Below are positions 38,826 to 52,095 of a DNA stretch of 64,000 nt, piece by piece. Source of the stretch: Eledone cirrhosa (Eukaryota); the NCBI GenBank assembly GCA_964016885.1, contig OZ024752.1, forward strand, positions 36,890,001-36,954,000, in the 5' to 3' direction. A model generated the notes under the pieces. It ran no database searches. It was not told the DNA's origin and saw nothing but the letters and a program-made list of their open reading frames with translations. Each line of letters begins with the position of its first letter. Position 1 is the stretch's first letter. The position numbers and the translations under genes are program-made.

Positions 38826-39940
38826 CACGTCTTCTGCAGTCACTGCCCATGTTTCACTACCATGCAGCATCGCACTTCGCACACAGCCATCATAATGTCG
38901 TCCTTTTGTACATAGGGAGAAACCTTTTGTTTTTGTTTTCTACAATGGGTCTCTCCTCAGCAAAAGGCGTATTGTAGAAGGCTTGTGTGCAAATGGCAAT
39001 GCTAGATGGTGGTGAGAGCTTGCTTGGCTTTGTATATGGTGGACTTACAGAGATTGGAAAGAAATGAGGCAAGCATGCTTCAATGGATGTCTAAAATAAC
39101 AACAACAACAACAACAACAATAATGCCAATATATTTTATTTTGTCATTTTGTTTTTCCATTTCAGAAGGGATAATTTACTTCCCCCTCAACTGTCTCTTT
39201 CACAACCACACTCCATTAGAACCTTTAGTCTTTCTCTATTGCTTTTCAAAATTCTTCTTTCAAGACAAGCAGACAAACTTTCATGCTTATTATATAGACT
39301 GGCATCCAATTAATTTTTACTACACTGCAAATAAAGAACATTTTATAATGATGTGTGTATAATCACTCTTGCTTAGCCTGGCAGCTGTTCTCATCTTGTT
39401 CTCTGATGATGATAAAAAAATAGTATATAAATTAAATAATCAAAATAAATCTATTTATATAAAAACAAAACACATTATTAAAGGAAATGAAAAGAAGAAA
39501 GGGAAAAATGATTTATTGAAAAAAAAAAAAATTTAGTGGTTAGACATTAATTAAAAAAACACGTACTCTTCTACTCTTCCTTATTATTAATTAGTTAATT
39601 ATTCATAATGATTAAAGGTGCAATAGATAATTATGGAAACACCATTATGTTTACTAAAATATCATCATTTTCATTTTAACGTCCTCTTTCCCTGCTAGCA
39701 AGGATTGGACGGGTCTACATAGACCAAGTCAGTACTGAAGCAGAGCCACTGATCCCAGCTTATGTACAGTTTCATGTTCCACCAAATGCATAAGAGAGGT
39801 TGTCCTGTCTTTGACACGATTGAAGGTCCTCCCAACCCTTTGTTCGGCAAGTTTTCTATGGCTGGGTGCCCTTCTTATCACCAACCACTTTATAGTGTGT
39901 ACTGGGTGTGTTTATTGTATACAACATTTGAAAACTTCAA

Positions 39941-40266
39941 GAGAGAGATCCAGCAAAAGGTAATTCATGTTTAGGGCCTGCTTTGAGAGAGATCCAGCAA
40001 ATGGTAATTCAGGTTTAGGGCCAGCTTTGAGAGAGATCCAGCAAATGGTAATTCATGTTTAAGGCCTGCTTTGAGAGAGATCCAGCAAATGCTAATTCAG
40101 GTTTAGGGCCAGCTTTGAGAGAGATCCAGCAAAAGGTAATTCAGGTTTAGGGCCTGCTTTGAGAGAGATCCAGCAAATGGTAATTCAGGTTTAGGGCCAG
40201 CTTTGAGAGAGATCCAGCAAAAGGTAATTCATGTTTAGGGCCTGCTTTGAGAGAGATCCAGCAAAA
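39941..40266. repeat. 44-bp minisatellite, about 7.4 copies
   Basis: gagagagatccagcaaatggtaattcaggtttagggcctgcttt at 39941, 39985 and onward. Confidence 0.92.
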
Positions 40267-40617
40267 GAAAGAAGGTTGGAAGTTCTTTCCCTGTTTTTTT
40301 TGTTTTTTTTTTTTAAATTCGAAGGCTACATGCCTAGAAGAAATCTGTTGTATTCAGACTTGGAGAGGAGATAGGCTCTGATAGGTTTCTAAAAACTGTC
40401 CTAGAAACGTTGTATGTCAATACAGTGCCCCTGCAACCCCCTCAGGAGTTATGGAACTAGAAACTGGGTTGTGAAATAAATACTGTAATAAATTTATTTT
40501 GTTGAAGAATTTAATTTTTCTTATTTATTCTTTTCTATATGCTGTCTTTAAAAATGTGTTCGTTTTTGTGGGAATTTCTTTATAAATAATGAAATTCTTT
40601 GTTTCAATCTCTTCCAG

Positions 40618-40635
40618 CACGCGAAAATTGTAATG
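40618..40635 (+). CDS. Gene 2 microexon 2 (18 nt, phase 1-1; SRENCN)
   Basis: tttcaatctcttccag|CACGCGAAAATTGTAATG|gtaagt. Flanking intron sequence is similar to that of microexon 1. Confidence 0.65.
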
Positions 40636-41760
40636 GTAAGTTAAATAAATTTATCCCTTACATTATTGTACATGAAACTATATAATTCTTTTCTCTCAAT
40701 TCTTTCTGTCATCAAGTCAATGAAAGGAGAAAAAAAGCCAACAATATACTGTGTTACTTCTCAAACCATTGGGCTTTTAACAAATGTTTGGCTTCACAAT
40801 TTTTTTCAACCTTTAATGAATACAATCTCTCCACACACATTCTCCATTTATCAAAACCAGGTCACCATTCTGAATTTTCGAAATGGAATTCATTATGTAT
40901 ATATATTTTACAAGCTATACAACTACATCAACAGGTTCTTTAGATCCTGCTATTAAATTATATTTTCCAGTTTAACACTTTAGCATTTAAACTGGCCATA
41001 TTCGGTCAGAATTCTCTCCTCTCTTTCTGTTCAAACCAGCTGTAACCAACCGCTCATACTTATGTTAAGGTATTGTTCTCAAAATAAATAATATAAAAAT
41101 CTCATGGATTTGATATTATGTGAGATAAAACCTTTATCATGAAAATATAATTGTAAATATAGAGTACTGTAAATACTAAAGGGTTAAGAATTCTATCTTT
41201 CAAACATTGTACAAAATTTAGAATATAATCATCAAAAATGTCTAAAACATTTATAAATGAATGCATTTATTCAAATCTGATGATTCCCTCAATTGCTCAA
41301 CAAAAGGGAATTTATACACTATAAAATCGTTTCCTCAATATTGTTTGAAGGTTTATGATCTAGTGGTTTGGGTGTTATGTTTGGCCATAAGGTTGTGGGT
41401 TTGATTCCCAAACCAAGTTACATGTTATACCCTTGAGCAAGGCATTTCATTTCATGTACGCCCACCATACAACAACAACCTAAGACTAGAATACATGATA
41501 CTCCAATAATAAGATTATTGAAAAATTGATAATTTTGAAATGCTGGGTAAAAATCATTGCTCATCTCTGATATAACCTTGATCCATGTACCAGTTCCACC
41601 ACCCTTTCTTTACAGAAATTGCAAACTATTTTTAAACATCTATAATATTTTTCTCTTTAATCCTTTCATGATTGTATTTTCTTATCAAATATTTTCTATT
41701 TTAATTAATTAATGAAGAATTTTGAGAGATTTAGTAAAATTATTAATTATTTCTTTACTA

Positions 41761-42500
41761 AGTAACTTAATGTGAAGTTCTTATATAAAATTATGTTGGG
41801 AGATTTTAACTTAAATTGGAAAGTAACTTAATATGAGGTTCTTATATAAAATTATGTTGGGAGATTTTAACTTAAATTGGAATAATAAATTAATTTAAGG
41901 TTCTTATATAAAATTATGTTGGGAGATTTTAACTTAAATTGGAATAATAATTTAATTTAAGGTTCTTATATAAAATTATGTTGGGAGATTTTAACTTAAA
42001 TTGGAATAATAACTTAATTTAAGGTTCTTATATAAAATTATGTTGGGAGATTTTAACTTAAATTGGAATAATAACTTAATTTAAGGTTCTTATATAAAAT
42101 TATGTTGGGAGATTTTAACTTAAATTGGAATAATAACTTAATTTAAGGTTCTTATATAAAATTATGTTGGGAGATTTTAACTTAAATTGGAATAATAACT
42201 TAATTTAAGGTTCTTAAATAAAATTATGTTAGGAGATTTTAACTTAAATTGGAATAATAACTTAATTTAAGGTTCTTAAATAAAATTATGTTAGGAGATT
42301 TTAACTTAAATTGGAATAATAACTTAATTTAAGGTTCTTATATAAAATTATGTTGGGAGATTTTAACTTAAATTGGAATAATAACTTAATTTAAGGTTCT
42401 TAAATAAAATTATGTTAGGAGATTTTAACTTAAATTGGAAAGTAACTTAATGTGAGGTTCTTATATAAAATTATGCTGGAAGATCTTAATTTAAATTGGA
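41761..42500. repeat. 61/62-bp minisatellite, about 12 copies, inside a MITE (about 41658-42564) ending about 40 nt before a gene 2 acceptor
   Basis: ggttcttatataaaattatgttgggagattttaacttaaattggaataataacttaatttaa repeats. The flanks match 37840-38073. Confidence 0.9.
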
Positions 42501-42603
42501 AACCTTGAAATTGGGTGTCTTTATTTCATAGAACCAGAGCCAATTTTGGTAACAGAACAGTTAAACATCACAAAATATTTCATGTTATATTCTCCTTTTT
42601 CAG

Positions 42604-42768
42604 AATATTTTTCTTCAATATCCTGTCAACTAAAGTTTGCAGCGTCTAAAAAATGTGCAGTCAAAGTTGAATTTGATGATAAACCTAAAGGCTTTGAACA
42701 TAATAGGTTTGATTTCAACGAACTAAATCTGACAAATCCCATTAAGTTCAATGTTACGGTCTACTTTG
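42604..42768 (+). CDS. Gene 2 exon (EYFSSISCQLKF...NPIKFNVTVYF)
   Basis: Acceptor ctcctttttcag|, donor TTTG|GTAAGA, 165 nt, phase 1-1. Same frame as ORF 42546..42815. Confidence 0.75.
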
Positions 42769-42817
42769 GTAAGATTTTAATAAGTAGTATTATTGAAAAA
42801 AAGCAACATAATTGATC

Positions 42818-42856
<39 letters not shown>

Positions 42857-42978
42857 GGGTGTCATCAGGAAAGGCATCAAGCTGTAAAATATTGTCTCAA
42901 AACATCCCATCCGACACCCACTTGCATGGAAAAGTGAATGTAATAATGATACACACACACACACATATATATATATAC

Positions 42979-43037
<59 letters not shown>

Positions 43038-43050
43038 CATATATACACAC

Positions 43051-43084
<34 letters not shown>

Positions 43085-43398
43085 GTCGATCGACTTTCGT
43101 CAAATCGGACCGAGGAAACAATGTTTCCGTTGGTCTTTCCAGTTGCTAATACTATCTATCGGTCGCAACTCCAGGTAGAAGGAGCAACATGAAATAAAGT
43201 GTCTTGCTCAAGGACATAACGCATCGCCCGGTCCAGGAATCGAACTCACAACCTCAAGATTGTGAATCCAATTCTCTAACCATTCAGCCACACGCCTTCA
43301 CTATATATATATATATATACACATACATATATATACACATACATATATATACACACACATATATATACACACACATATATACATATATACATACACAT

Positions 43399-43431
<33 letters not shown>

Positions 43432-44477
43432 CTGTAATACAGAATACCCGACCCCCCACGATAATACAGAATACCCCCCCCCCACTGGTACAAGCCGAAG
43501 CTGAAGCATATAGACAATATGCCCCCACACCCTCCCACTGCTAAGTGGTCGTGTCGTGGAGGTGTCAAGGCAAAAAAGCACCCAGCCCACACTGTAAAGT
43601 GGATGTGTAGGCGCCACGGAAAAAAAGCACCCAGCACTCACTGTAAATGAGGTTGGTGTTAGGAAGGGCATCCAGCTGTAGAAATCAAGCCAGAATCAGT
43701 TCCAGTATGAGCAAATAAGCAAGACAAAGTCAGCTGACCGGACATCATCATCATCATCATCATCATCATCGTTTAACGTCCATCTTCCACGCTAGCATGG
43801 GTTAGACGGGAGTTGTCCCACTTGAGGCAAGGTTGGTCGGGTGACCGTGTCTTGCTCATATAGGACTATCTGGCAGGTTTTCTATGGCTGGATGCCCTTC
43901 CTAACACCAACCACATTTACAGTGTGGAACTGGGAACTTTTTACCGTGTTACCTACACGGCCACATTAGAGTGAGGACTGTGTGTTTTTTTGTCGTGACA
44001 CCTACACGATCTCGATCTCATTTATCTCATTTATTTGGACTGGATGTTGTGGTACCAACTTTACAGAGAGAGGGTGGTGTTGGTGGGAGTGGGAGGATAG
44101 GGTAGGAGTAGTGGATTGGGGGTGTATATTTGGTTGAGAGGTGCCTACTGACTGTAGGTTTTGTTTTGTACGTAGGCAAGGCGGGTCTTCTGTATTACTG
44201 CGTGGTGCCAAAGATCTCGGTCCAGTGACATTGTCTTAGAGAGGTGCACGTGTGTAAGATTGGAATTTATCAGATCGTCCCAGGTTTTTCTGGGTCTACC
44301 TACTCCGTAACTTCCATCAATTTTGATCGCCTTGCACTTTTTTATGCATCTGTAGTCTTTCATGCGCATCACGTGACCATACCAACTTAGTCTTACACAT
44401 ATATACATACATACATATACATATATATATATACATATATATATATATACACACATATACATCATCATCATCATTTT

Positions 44478-47400
44478 TCATCATCATCATCATTTTACGT
44501 CCGCTTTTCCCTGCTTGCAAGGGTGGGACAGGTCTTATTCAGCACAGCATCTCTCCACTCGTCACGGTCCCTCGTCATCTCCACCGTGAGCTTCAATGAT
44601 CTGAGGTCTGTTCTCACCACCTCCGCCCATGTTTTTCGTGGTCTACCTCTACCACGTCTTCCTTCAACTGGCATTTCCTGGCACTTCTTCACCCATCGGT
44701 CATCCTCCATGCACATCACATGTCCATACCACCTCAGTCTCCTCTCCCGTACACTACATTCTATCCCTCTCAGACACAGTTTCTCTCTCAACACATTTAT
44801 GCTGGGTCGTTCACGCACATTTACACTGCACATCCAACGGAGCATGCTTGCCTCATTTCTCTCCAGCCGTCGCATATCCTCTGCGGTTGCTGCCCATGTC
44901 CCACTACCATGCAGCATCGCGCTCCTCACACAGGCATCATACAACCGGCCTTTCGTACGCAGGGAGAAACCCTTCTTCGTCAACAGAGGAAGCAGCTCCC
45001 TAAACTTCTTCCAACCCGTCCTTATTCTAGATACTATGGCCTCGGAACACCCTCCTCCCATGCTAATCTGATCTCCTAGGTACCGGAAGCTATCCACCAC
45101 TTCTATAGCGCCCTCTCGCATTTGAAAAATGTGTCTATCAGTGCGACTTCTACTGTCTAATTTCCCTGTACATCTACTGCATACATATTTCTCCCTACCT
45201 GTTAGTTTGCCTGCTATCCCGCTACATCTCTTGTGTACCCAGGACCTGCATTGTGTGCATTTTATAGAATTTATGCCAGTTCCTTTTCTGCATATCGAAC
45301 ATGGCCATTTCCCTGACGGAATCAGGGTTTTGTCCTCTTTTCTACTCACCAACACTTTTGTCTTAGCTAGATTTACTCTCAGTCCTCTTGCTTCCAACTG
45401 CTGTTTCCATAGCCGGAATTTATTCTCTAGCTCCTCTACTGATTCTGCTATAAGAGCCAGATCGTCAGCATAGAGAAGTTCCCATGGACAGCCAGTCTTA
45501 AACTCCTCTGTTATGGCTTGGAGGACTATAATGAACAAGAGCGGGCTGAGGACCGAACCCTGATGTACTCCTACTTGTATCTGGAATTCCTCACTAAACT
45601 CCATTCCTACCCTGACCTTACTGAGAGTACCTCTGTACAAAGTTTGCACTGTCCTCACAAGCCATTCCTCAACACCTAGCTTCCTTAGGGACCACCAGAT
45701 GACAGATCGGGGTACCCTATCAAAGGCCTTCTCTAGGTCAACAAAGGCTAAGTATAGTGGCTTATTCTTCTCTAAGAACCTCTCTTGCATTTGTCTCGCC
45801 AAGAAGAGGGCATCTGTTGTTCTCTTCCCAGGCACAAAACCAAACTGCATCTCATCTAGTTTGACCCTTTCTCTAATTAGTTGTGCTAAAATCCTTTCTG
45901 CCACTTTCATAACCTGATCTATCAGTTTTATACCCCTATAATTGCTCCTCCCCAAAGCATCCCCTTTACCTTTGTAGCAATTTATGAGAATACTGCTGCA
46001 CCAGTCTTTGGGTATGACACCACCATATATAGCCTGATTGATGATGCGTGCAACCAGTTTAGTGCCTACGTCCCCTGATGCCTTCAGCATCTCAGCAACT
46101 ATTCCCGATGGTCCGGCCGCCTTACCATTTTTCATTTCCCTAATCGCCTCTTGGACCCTATATTCGTCAATCTCAATAGCTGGTCCCTCTGTCGGATCTA
46201 CCAAGGGTAATTTCTCTCTCTCCCATTCGTTCTCCACATTCATCAGTCTCTCATAATGACATTTCCAGGCCTCCTTTTTCTGGTCATTCGTGACACTAAG
46301 TACACCGGCATCATCCCGGACACATTTATCTCCAACAACATCCTGATTTGCATTGACACACTGCCTTGCAATGTGGAACACCGCACGCCTCTGATCTTCC
46401 CGTCGCAGAACATTGGCAAACCTCCTACTCTCTGCCTCCCTGTGTGCTAAGTACACCTGACGTTTAGCTTCTCTCTTAGTGGCTGTATATTCTTCCCTAC
46501 TCCCACCCTTTTTCCAAGCCTTCCATGCTAGTCTTTTGTCTCTAATAGCCTTATCTACTGTGCTGTTCCACCACCAGGTCACTCTCTGTCTGGTTGGAGC
46601 TCTGCTCCAGCCACAGGTTTCATCAGTAGCCTGCAGCAAGTTGTCACGTAAGAACTTCCAGTTATTATCTATGTCATACGTCTCTAAATCGTCTTCTTTT
46701 TCGTCATATACATCTTGAAGGGCTTTCCTAAATTTGTATTTTAGTGAAAGGTCTTTTAGCTTCCAGACCTTTCTTCTCCACACCTTCCTATATGTCTCAT
46801 TCCATCTCTTGCTTACTGAGATATCACTAACAACTAACCTATGCTGTGGGGGTACATTCTTCCCCAGGGTATGCCTTGGTATTAGACACTATCTGCCTGT
46901 CCCGCTGCCTAACTAGCAGGAAGTCAATCTGGCTTATGTGCTCACCAGATTTGTAGGTTATTAGGTGATTGGCAGGTTTCTGGAAGTTTGTGTTGCAAAT
47001 AGTCAATGTACTCGCATCACAAAATTCAAGAAGTCTCACTCCTTCTTCATTTCTTGAACCGTAACCGTGCCCAGCATGTACCCCAGTGTAACCATCCTGG
47101 AGCTGTCCAACATGACCATTGAAGTCTCCTGCTAGCATAACGATGTCTCCGTCCTCTGTCATTGTGGTTGTTTGCAAAAGTTGCTCATAAAAGCAGTCTT
47201 TCTCATCTTTGCCTAGGCCTGCTTGGGGAGCATAGACCGAGATGATTGTCAGTAGTCTCCTACCTACAACTAATCTAAGCTTAATTATTCGATTACTAAC
47301 TCAAACTACCTCTATTGTCTTATTGATCCATTTCTCAGACAGGAAAATGCCTACTCCCCCTAACCCATCATCCTTACCTACCCAGAATAGCTTATAGCTA

Positions 47401-47650
47401 AGACGCTTGCCTACGACTAGTCTCACAGAGGCACCTCTCCATCTCACCTCTTGCACACAGCACACACCCACCTGCCTTCTCTCCAGCATCTCCGCTATTT
47501 CAGCAGATCTACCTCTGAGAGTGCCAACATTAAGTGTTGCAACTCTGAGATGCGACGTCTTCATATTTTGTTGTTGTTCCTATGCTGTTTTGTTGCTGTG
47601 CTGATAAGCGTTTTGGCATTGATACACTGGTTGGATGCCCTTCCTAACAC
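44478..47650 (-). mobile_element. Near-full-length RTE-clade LINE (APE endonuclease + RT + PHD-like finger), inactivated by one stop and one frameshift, antisense in a gene 2 intron
   Basis: APE motifs ATLNVGTL, CVQEVRW, SVYAPQ, GDFNGHVG, SQIDF. RT motifs QFGF, FVDLEKAFD, GVHQGSVLSPLLF, YADD. In-frame TGA at 47301-47303 and a frameshift near 46850. (GAT)n tail. Confidence 0.95.
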
Positions 47651-47654
47651 CATA

Positions 47655-48632
47655 TATAGAAATAGTGGACAGCTTCCGTTACCTGGGTGACAAAATCAGC
47701 AGTGGGGGAGGGTGCTCTGAAAGTACAGTAGCTAGAGTCAGAACTGGATGGAAAAAGTTCAGAGAGCTTATACCACTATTAGCCGCTAAAGGGTTCTCCC
47801 TAAAAATGAAAGGCAGGCTGTATGATGCCTGCATACGAACAGCAATGTTACATGGCAGTGAGACCTGGGCATTGTGTGCAGAGGATATATGCAGACTGGA
47901 GAGGAACGAAGCTTGCATGCTCCGCTGGATGTGTAATAGTAATATACATGAACGGCAAAGCATAAGCAAGCTAAGGGAAAAATTAGAAATAAGAGGGATC
48001 AGATGTTGTTTACTCGAGAGAAGGCTACGTTGGTATGGTCACATGATGTGCATGAAAGACGACAGCTGTATAACAAAGTGCAGGGCAATAAAAATAGACA
48101 GTAGCCACGGAGTAGGCAGACCCAGAAAAACCTGGGACGACTTGATAAATTCCGACCTCACACACTTACATCTCTCCAAGACAATGTCACTGGACCGAGA
48201 GCTTTGGCGCTACACAGTAATAGAGAAGACCTGCCTTACCTAAGTACAAAGTGAAACCTACTACAGTCAGTAGGCACCTCTAACAAAATACACCCCCGTC
48301 CCACTACCCCGACATCAGCCACACCACCCCCTTTCAATGTGAAGTTATGTTGGTACCACAACATCCAGCCCGAAACAAATAAGGTCGTGTAGGTGTCACG
48401 ACAAAAAAACACAGTCCACGCTGTAATGTGGCCGTGTAGGCAACACGGTAAAAACTTCCCAGTCCACACTGTAAATGTGGTTGGTGTTAGGAAGGGCATC
48501 CAGCCGTAGAAAACCCGCCAGACAGTCCTATACGAGCAGGACAACCAATCTTGCTTCAAGTGGGAAAACACCCGTCCAAACCCATGCAAGCGTGGAATAT
48601 GGACGTTAAACGATGATGATGATGATGATGAT
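47655..48632 (+). mobile_element. 5'-truncated RTE LINE of the long-3'UTR subfamily, head-to-head with the full-length copy
   Basis: ORF 47635-48243 is nearly identical to ORF 17048-17626. Tail GGACGTTAAACGATGATG. Confidence 0.9.
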
Positions 48633-48684
48633 ATATATATATATATACATACACACATATATATATATATATACACACATATAC

Positions 48685-48755
<71 letters not shown>

Positions 48756-48816
48756 CATACACACATATATGTACACACACATATATATATATATATACAT
48801 ACACTCATACATATGT

Positions 48817-48888
<72 letters not shown>

Positions 48889-49073
48889 GTAAGTAAGACC
48901 CCGACGGCTGAGCTCAAGCCGTTTCGACGGCTAATTCTGTACGAATTAGCCGTCGAAACGGCTTGAGCTCAGCCGTCGGGGTCTTACTTACTCCTATTAC
49001 CCACTCTACTACCCTAAGTATTGAGTACTTTGGTGCGTTATGGTCCACCTGGTTCCTTACCACTTTTCCTTCG

Positions 49074-49127
<54 letters not shown>

Positions 49128-49267
49128 ATACAATCCAGTCCAGCAATTGAACCTATGACATTATGATCATAAGTCCAACTCCCTTGCCATTAAGTCATGC
49201 ACGTCTACTAATTTGTATCAGATGAAATAAAATAATTGTTTTACATAAGATTAATATTATTTTTCAG

Positions 49268-49440
49268 GAAAAACTAGTTGTTATGAGACATGCTGCTTGA
49301 AAAGAAACACTACTGAGAAATATCTTTGTTATAACAATAATTGTCAGAATAATATATTTTTCATTTTTCACGACAACACTATGAAAAATGAGACTTCTGA
49401 AAACATTTGTCTTTCTGGCAACCAGTTAGCCATCAAAAGG
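49268..49440 (+). CDS. Gene 2 exon (GKTSCYETCCLKRNTTEKYLCY...NQLAIKR)
   Basis: Acceptor tttttcag|, donor AAGG|GTGAGT, phase 1-0. Same frame as ORF 49297..49497. Confidence 0.75.
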
Positions 49441-50504
49441 GTGAGTGATATTTTTCACAATAAATGTATTTCAATCAAAGAAATTGTCAAAATGTAAATA
49501 AAACATATATGTGTTAACACCACATAAACACAATAGTTGTATATAACCCTTTAGCATTTACATTACTATATATTTACTATTGTATTTTCACAGTAAAGGC
49601 TTTATCTTATATGATATCTCACATAGTATCGAATCTATGAGATTTTGATATTATTTATTTTGATAACAATACCTTAACATCAGTATGAGTGGCTAGTTAC
49701 AGCCAGTTTGAACAGAAACAGAAGAGAGAATTCTGGTCGGATTCAGCCGGCTTAAATGCTAAAGGGTTAAAATGAGTAGATGTAAAAACAGTGCAGTTTG
49801 CACGCAAGTTACATGTATATGGCCTGGGCCAATACTGGCCGAAACCTATAAAAGTTATCTGAGGAGTATGAAAAAAGGATGTAGGTGTCACGACAAAAAA
49901 ACACACAGTCCGTGCTGTAATGTGGTTGGTGTTAGGAAGGGCATCCAGCCGTAGAAAACCTGCCAGATAGTCCTATACGAACGAGATACGGTCACCCAAC
50001 CAATCTTGCCTCAAGTGGGACAACTCCCTTCTAACCCATGCTAGCGTGGAAGATGGATGTTAAATGATGATGATGATGATGATGGAAGTATAAAACTGTT
50101 AAATTATATCATGTATTTTATTGTATCCCAGGTTTCGGGTTTTCTTAAAAAGGATATAACAGCAATGAATTGACAGAGTCGTTAAAATGTCAGATAGAAT
50201 GATTTGTGGTATTTGTTCTGGTTCTCTGTGAAGATCAACTTTGCTTTTCATCCTTTCAAGGTTGATATAAAAATACCAGTCTAGTACTGGGGTCGATTCT
50301 TGCTCCTTCTATATATCTTTACTCTTCTCTGAAAGAAATTTGCTGTATTCAGACCTGGAAAAGGGATGGGCTCCACCAGGCTAAAAAATACCCTAGAATT
50401 GCTGTATGTCAATATGGCACCCCTACATCTCCATCAGAAAAGTCATTGATGGGTAAAAATCTTATAAAATATTTGATTTCTTTTGGGGAGGGTAGGCCTT
50501 ACAG

Positions 50505-50622
50505 AAGAAAATACTAGAAAAGCCATTGATGAAAATGAATTTACGGAATGAAGTATACTTTAAAGATAAGATGAACATAAATAAAAATGAATCCTGTCAA
50601 GAAGATATGTGGCAGATAACAG
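50505..50622 (+). CDS. Gene 2 exon (KKILEKPLMK...NESCQEDMWQIT)
   Basis: Open frame with donor ACAG|GTAAGA. Its phase 0-1 exactly bridges the neighbouring exons. The acceptor ccttacag is weak, and an in-frame alternative AG lies 9 nt upstream. Confidence 0.65.
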
Positions 50623-51364
50623 GTAAGATAGTGTCTTTTTCATGTAGTTGCTTGACTTGTTAGAAATAGCAGCCAAAACTCCCTCATATCACACAATATG
50701 TTGCTTGACTTGATAGAAATAGCAACCAATACACTCCCTCATATAATATGGTAAAGAATAAAAGAATGCGGTGCCCCAGTATGGCCACAGTCTAATGACT
50801 GAAACCAGTAACAGAATAAAAGAACGTGGTGCCCCAGTATGGCCACAGTCTAATGACTGAAACAAGTAAAAGAATAATTATTCCCAAAACTCAACAGAAT
50901 GTGAAAATAGTTTTTTTGTGAATTCTTCTAAACTTTATATCATTATTTATTTATTTATAAGGCGGTGGATTGGCAGTATCGGTTGAGGGTCGGACGCCAT
51001 GCTTTGACGCATAGAGTTATAGCCCTTTCCATTCTGAGTTCAAATCCCGCCAAGGTTAACTTTGCCTTTCATCCTTACGGGGTCGATAAAATAAAGTACC
51101 AGTAATGTACTGAGTAATTGCTGGCCTTGTGCCAAAGGTAGAAACAATTATTTATTTATTTATTTATTTTATTTATTTTATTTATTTTATTTATTTTATT
51201 TATTTTATTTATTTTATTTATTTTATTTATTTTATTTATTTTATTTATTTTATTTATTTATTTTATTTATTTTTTTTATTTTATTTTTTTTAATTTAATT
51301 TTTTTATTTTATTTGTTTTTTTAAAATTTAATTAATTTATTTATTTTTATTTTTTATTTTTCAG

Positions 51365-51468
51365 ATTCCAATGTGGAGGATTGGAATTCATTTTTTTATG
51401 AAAATGTAACAAATTGTTTGTTAAGAACTAAAGACAGAATCAAGAAAAAGTATATTTTGGTCCTTAAA
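51365..51468 (+). CDS. Gene 2 exon (DSNVEDWNSFFYENVTNC...YILVLK)
   Basis: Long T-rich tract ending in tcag|, donor TAAA|GTAAGT, phase 1-0, open in the required frame. Confidence 0.72.
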
Positions 51469-52095
51469 GTAAGTAAAACTATTTTACATTTTACTATATC
51501 AACGGTAGTGGATTGGCAGTAGACTCGGTAGAGCATCAGACAATGTTTTGCAGCATAGAGTTACGGCCCTTTACGTTCTGAGTTCAAATCCCGTTGAGGT
51601 TAACTTTGCCTTTCATCCTAACGGAGTCGATAAAATAAAGTACCAGTGATGTACTGAGGTCGATTTAATCGACTTTCCCCTCCAACCAAAATTTTTGGTC
51701 TTGTGCCTAAAATCAGAAACCATTTTACAAAAACAGTTTTCAAGCTAAATGACACTATTAAAGGGTTCTTCTAACCCTCTGTTTGGTAAGTTTTCTACAG
51801 CTGGATACCCTTTCTAACACCAACCACTTTACAGTATTTACTGAGTGCTTTTATTGTGTAGATCACCAGCACTAGGGAGGCTGTTATGTCTTAGACACCT
51901 AGGGAGGCTGTTATGTCTTAGACACAATTAAATATACATAATTTTTTTCAGATTTTTGAACAAGTGTGGCACACAAATTCAGACATGTTTCGTGTTTCGG
52001 AGTTATTTTGGCTTCATCAGTAAAATATAATTTGATAGAAAAAAAAGGGATACTGACTAATTTTGTTCTTTTCTCATTGCATATTTTAAAATATA

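Noticed and set aside
38820-39092. ORF 39006-39362 containing LQRLERNEASMLQWM
   Set aside because: Old rearranged RTE fragments in opposite orientations, not a host exon.
50132-50173. Acceptor-like tatcccag at 50131 as a gene 2 exon (also tttttcag at about 51951)
   Set aside because: The required frame reaches a stop with no good donor. The exons at 50505 and 53209 satisfy the phases instead. These could at most be alternative terminal exons.
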